From assembly GCF_964213995.1 (NCBI RefSeq), contig NC_135808.1:55552001-55616000 (forward strand): 64,000 bases of DNA, in the 5' to 3' direction. This DNA is from Mustelus asterias (Eukaryota). Shown piece by piece: positions 62,890-64,000 of this stretch. The first letter of the stretch is position 1. The number at the start of each line of letters is the position of its first letter. The notes beneath the pieces are model-generated. The model saw only the letters and a program-made list of their open reading frames with translations. It ran no database searches and was not told where the DNA came from. A program made the position numbers and the translations under genes.

Positions 62890-63715
62890 CATGCTCTTGT
62901 CTGGGCCTGGAAATTTTTTATCAATTTTACTTCCTTTTTCCATCACACTCTCATCATCACACGGTCTAACTGACACTTCCCTTCACCTCCTTGAAGTCTC
63001 CATTTCTGGCGAGAGACTGTTCACCAATATTTATTACAAACCCACGACTCCCACGGCTCCAGCTCCTCAAGCCCATTTTCCTAGTTTTTCCGCCACTGCC
63101 ACATCTGTTCCACTGATGTCACCTTTGAAAACAGTGCTTTGGACATGTTTGTCCTTTTCCTCAACCGAGGATTCCACACCACTGTGGTTGGCAGTACACT
63201 CAACAATGTCCAACCGATCACCTGCACCTCTGCTCTCATCTCTTTCCTTCCTCCCAGAACAATGACAGGGACCCTCTCGATCTCACTTTTCATCCCATCA
63301 GCCTCCACATTCAAAGAATCATCCTCCTCCATTTCCATCACCTCAAACATGATGCCACCACGAAATACATTTTCACCTCACCTATCCACGCCCCCCCTCT
63401 TTCCTTCAGCATTCTGCAGGGACAATTCCTTCTGTGACACTCTGGTCTACTCCATTGCCACCAACCGTTCATACCCTGTCCATGGCATCTTCCCATGCAA
63501 TTGCAGAAATTGGAACACCTGCCCCTTTACCTCCTGCCTCCTCACTGTCCAAGGGCTCAAACTCTCCTTTCAAGTGATGCAGCATTTCACTTGCGCCTCC
63601 TTCAACTACTGTATTTGTTGCTCCCAATGCAGTCTCCTCTATATTGGGAGATTAAATGCAGACTGGGTGACTGCTTTGCGGAACACCTTCACTCCATCCC
63701 AAGCATGACCTCCAA
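62890..63715 (+). mobile_element. Penelope-like element fragment (RT C-terminus plus GIY-YIG endonuclease), decayed
   Basis: TNIYYKPT, FLNRGF, FPCNCRNWNTC, FTCASFN.YCICCSQCSLLYIG(E)..RLGDCFAEHL. Confidence 0.85.
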
Positions 63716-63719
63716 CCTC

Positions 63720-63965
63720 CAACACTGCAACGAAGATACTGTGGAAAATCCCCTAGTCGCCACACTCTGGGCTCTTCGCCTCTTTGGGTACACTAAGGGA
63801 GAATTAAGCATAGCCAATGCACCTAACCAGCACGTCTTTCGGAAGCCCATGCAGACACTGGGAGAACGAGCAGACTCCGCACAGACAATGACGAAAGCCG
63901 GGAATTGAACCCTGATCCCTGGCACTGTGAGGCAGCAGTGCTAACCACTGTGCCACCGTGCCATC
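63720..63965 (-). mobile_element. tRNA-derived V-SINE variant with a different 3' tail
   Basis: Minus strand reads ggcacggtggcacagtggttagcactgctgcctcacag...gggttcaattcccgg (A/B boxes) followed by a partial V-core. Confidence 0.85.
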
Positions 63966-64000
63966 CTTCCAGTCACTTGCCATTTCAACTCAGCATCTTG

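Overview
Eukaryotic, repeat-dominated DNA, most likely from an elasmobranch (shark). This is inferred from HE1/V-SINE-like and Deu-SINE-like SINEs and abundant CR1 LINEs. Almost all listed ORFs are fragments of decayed transposable elements. Main contents: (i) a full-span PIF/Harbinger DNA transposon (1043-6377) with TIRs, a 3-bp TSD, a frameshifted DDE transposase and a convergent spliced Myb/SANT-like gene, plus several related MITEs; (ii) a Ty3/Gypsy element with the unusual PR-INT-RT-RH (Gmr1-type) order and its 3' LTR/PPT; (iii) a second Gypsy with the standard order and two probable solo LTRs; (iv) many CR1 copies, including a near-full-length one with an SGNH-esterase ORF1, plus RTE, L2 and Penelope fragments; (v) four copies of a Penelope-like terminal repeat, two carrying minimal type-I hammerhead ribozyme motifs and two forming fold-back palindromes whose junctions map onto the ribozyme. 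Weak hand-picked splice-site evidence suggests host exons on the minus strand (about 7.5-14 kb and 36.9-37.1 kb), but no host gene could be named. I see no clearly novel protein-coding system. The hammerhead/fold-back repeat is the most interesting signal. Family names come from motif recognition, not database searches, and boundaries of decayed elements are approximate.
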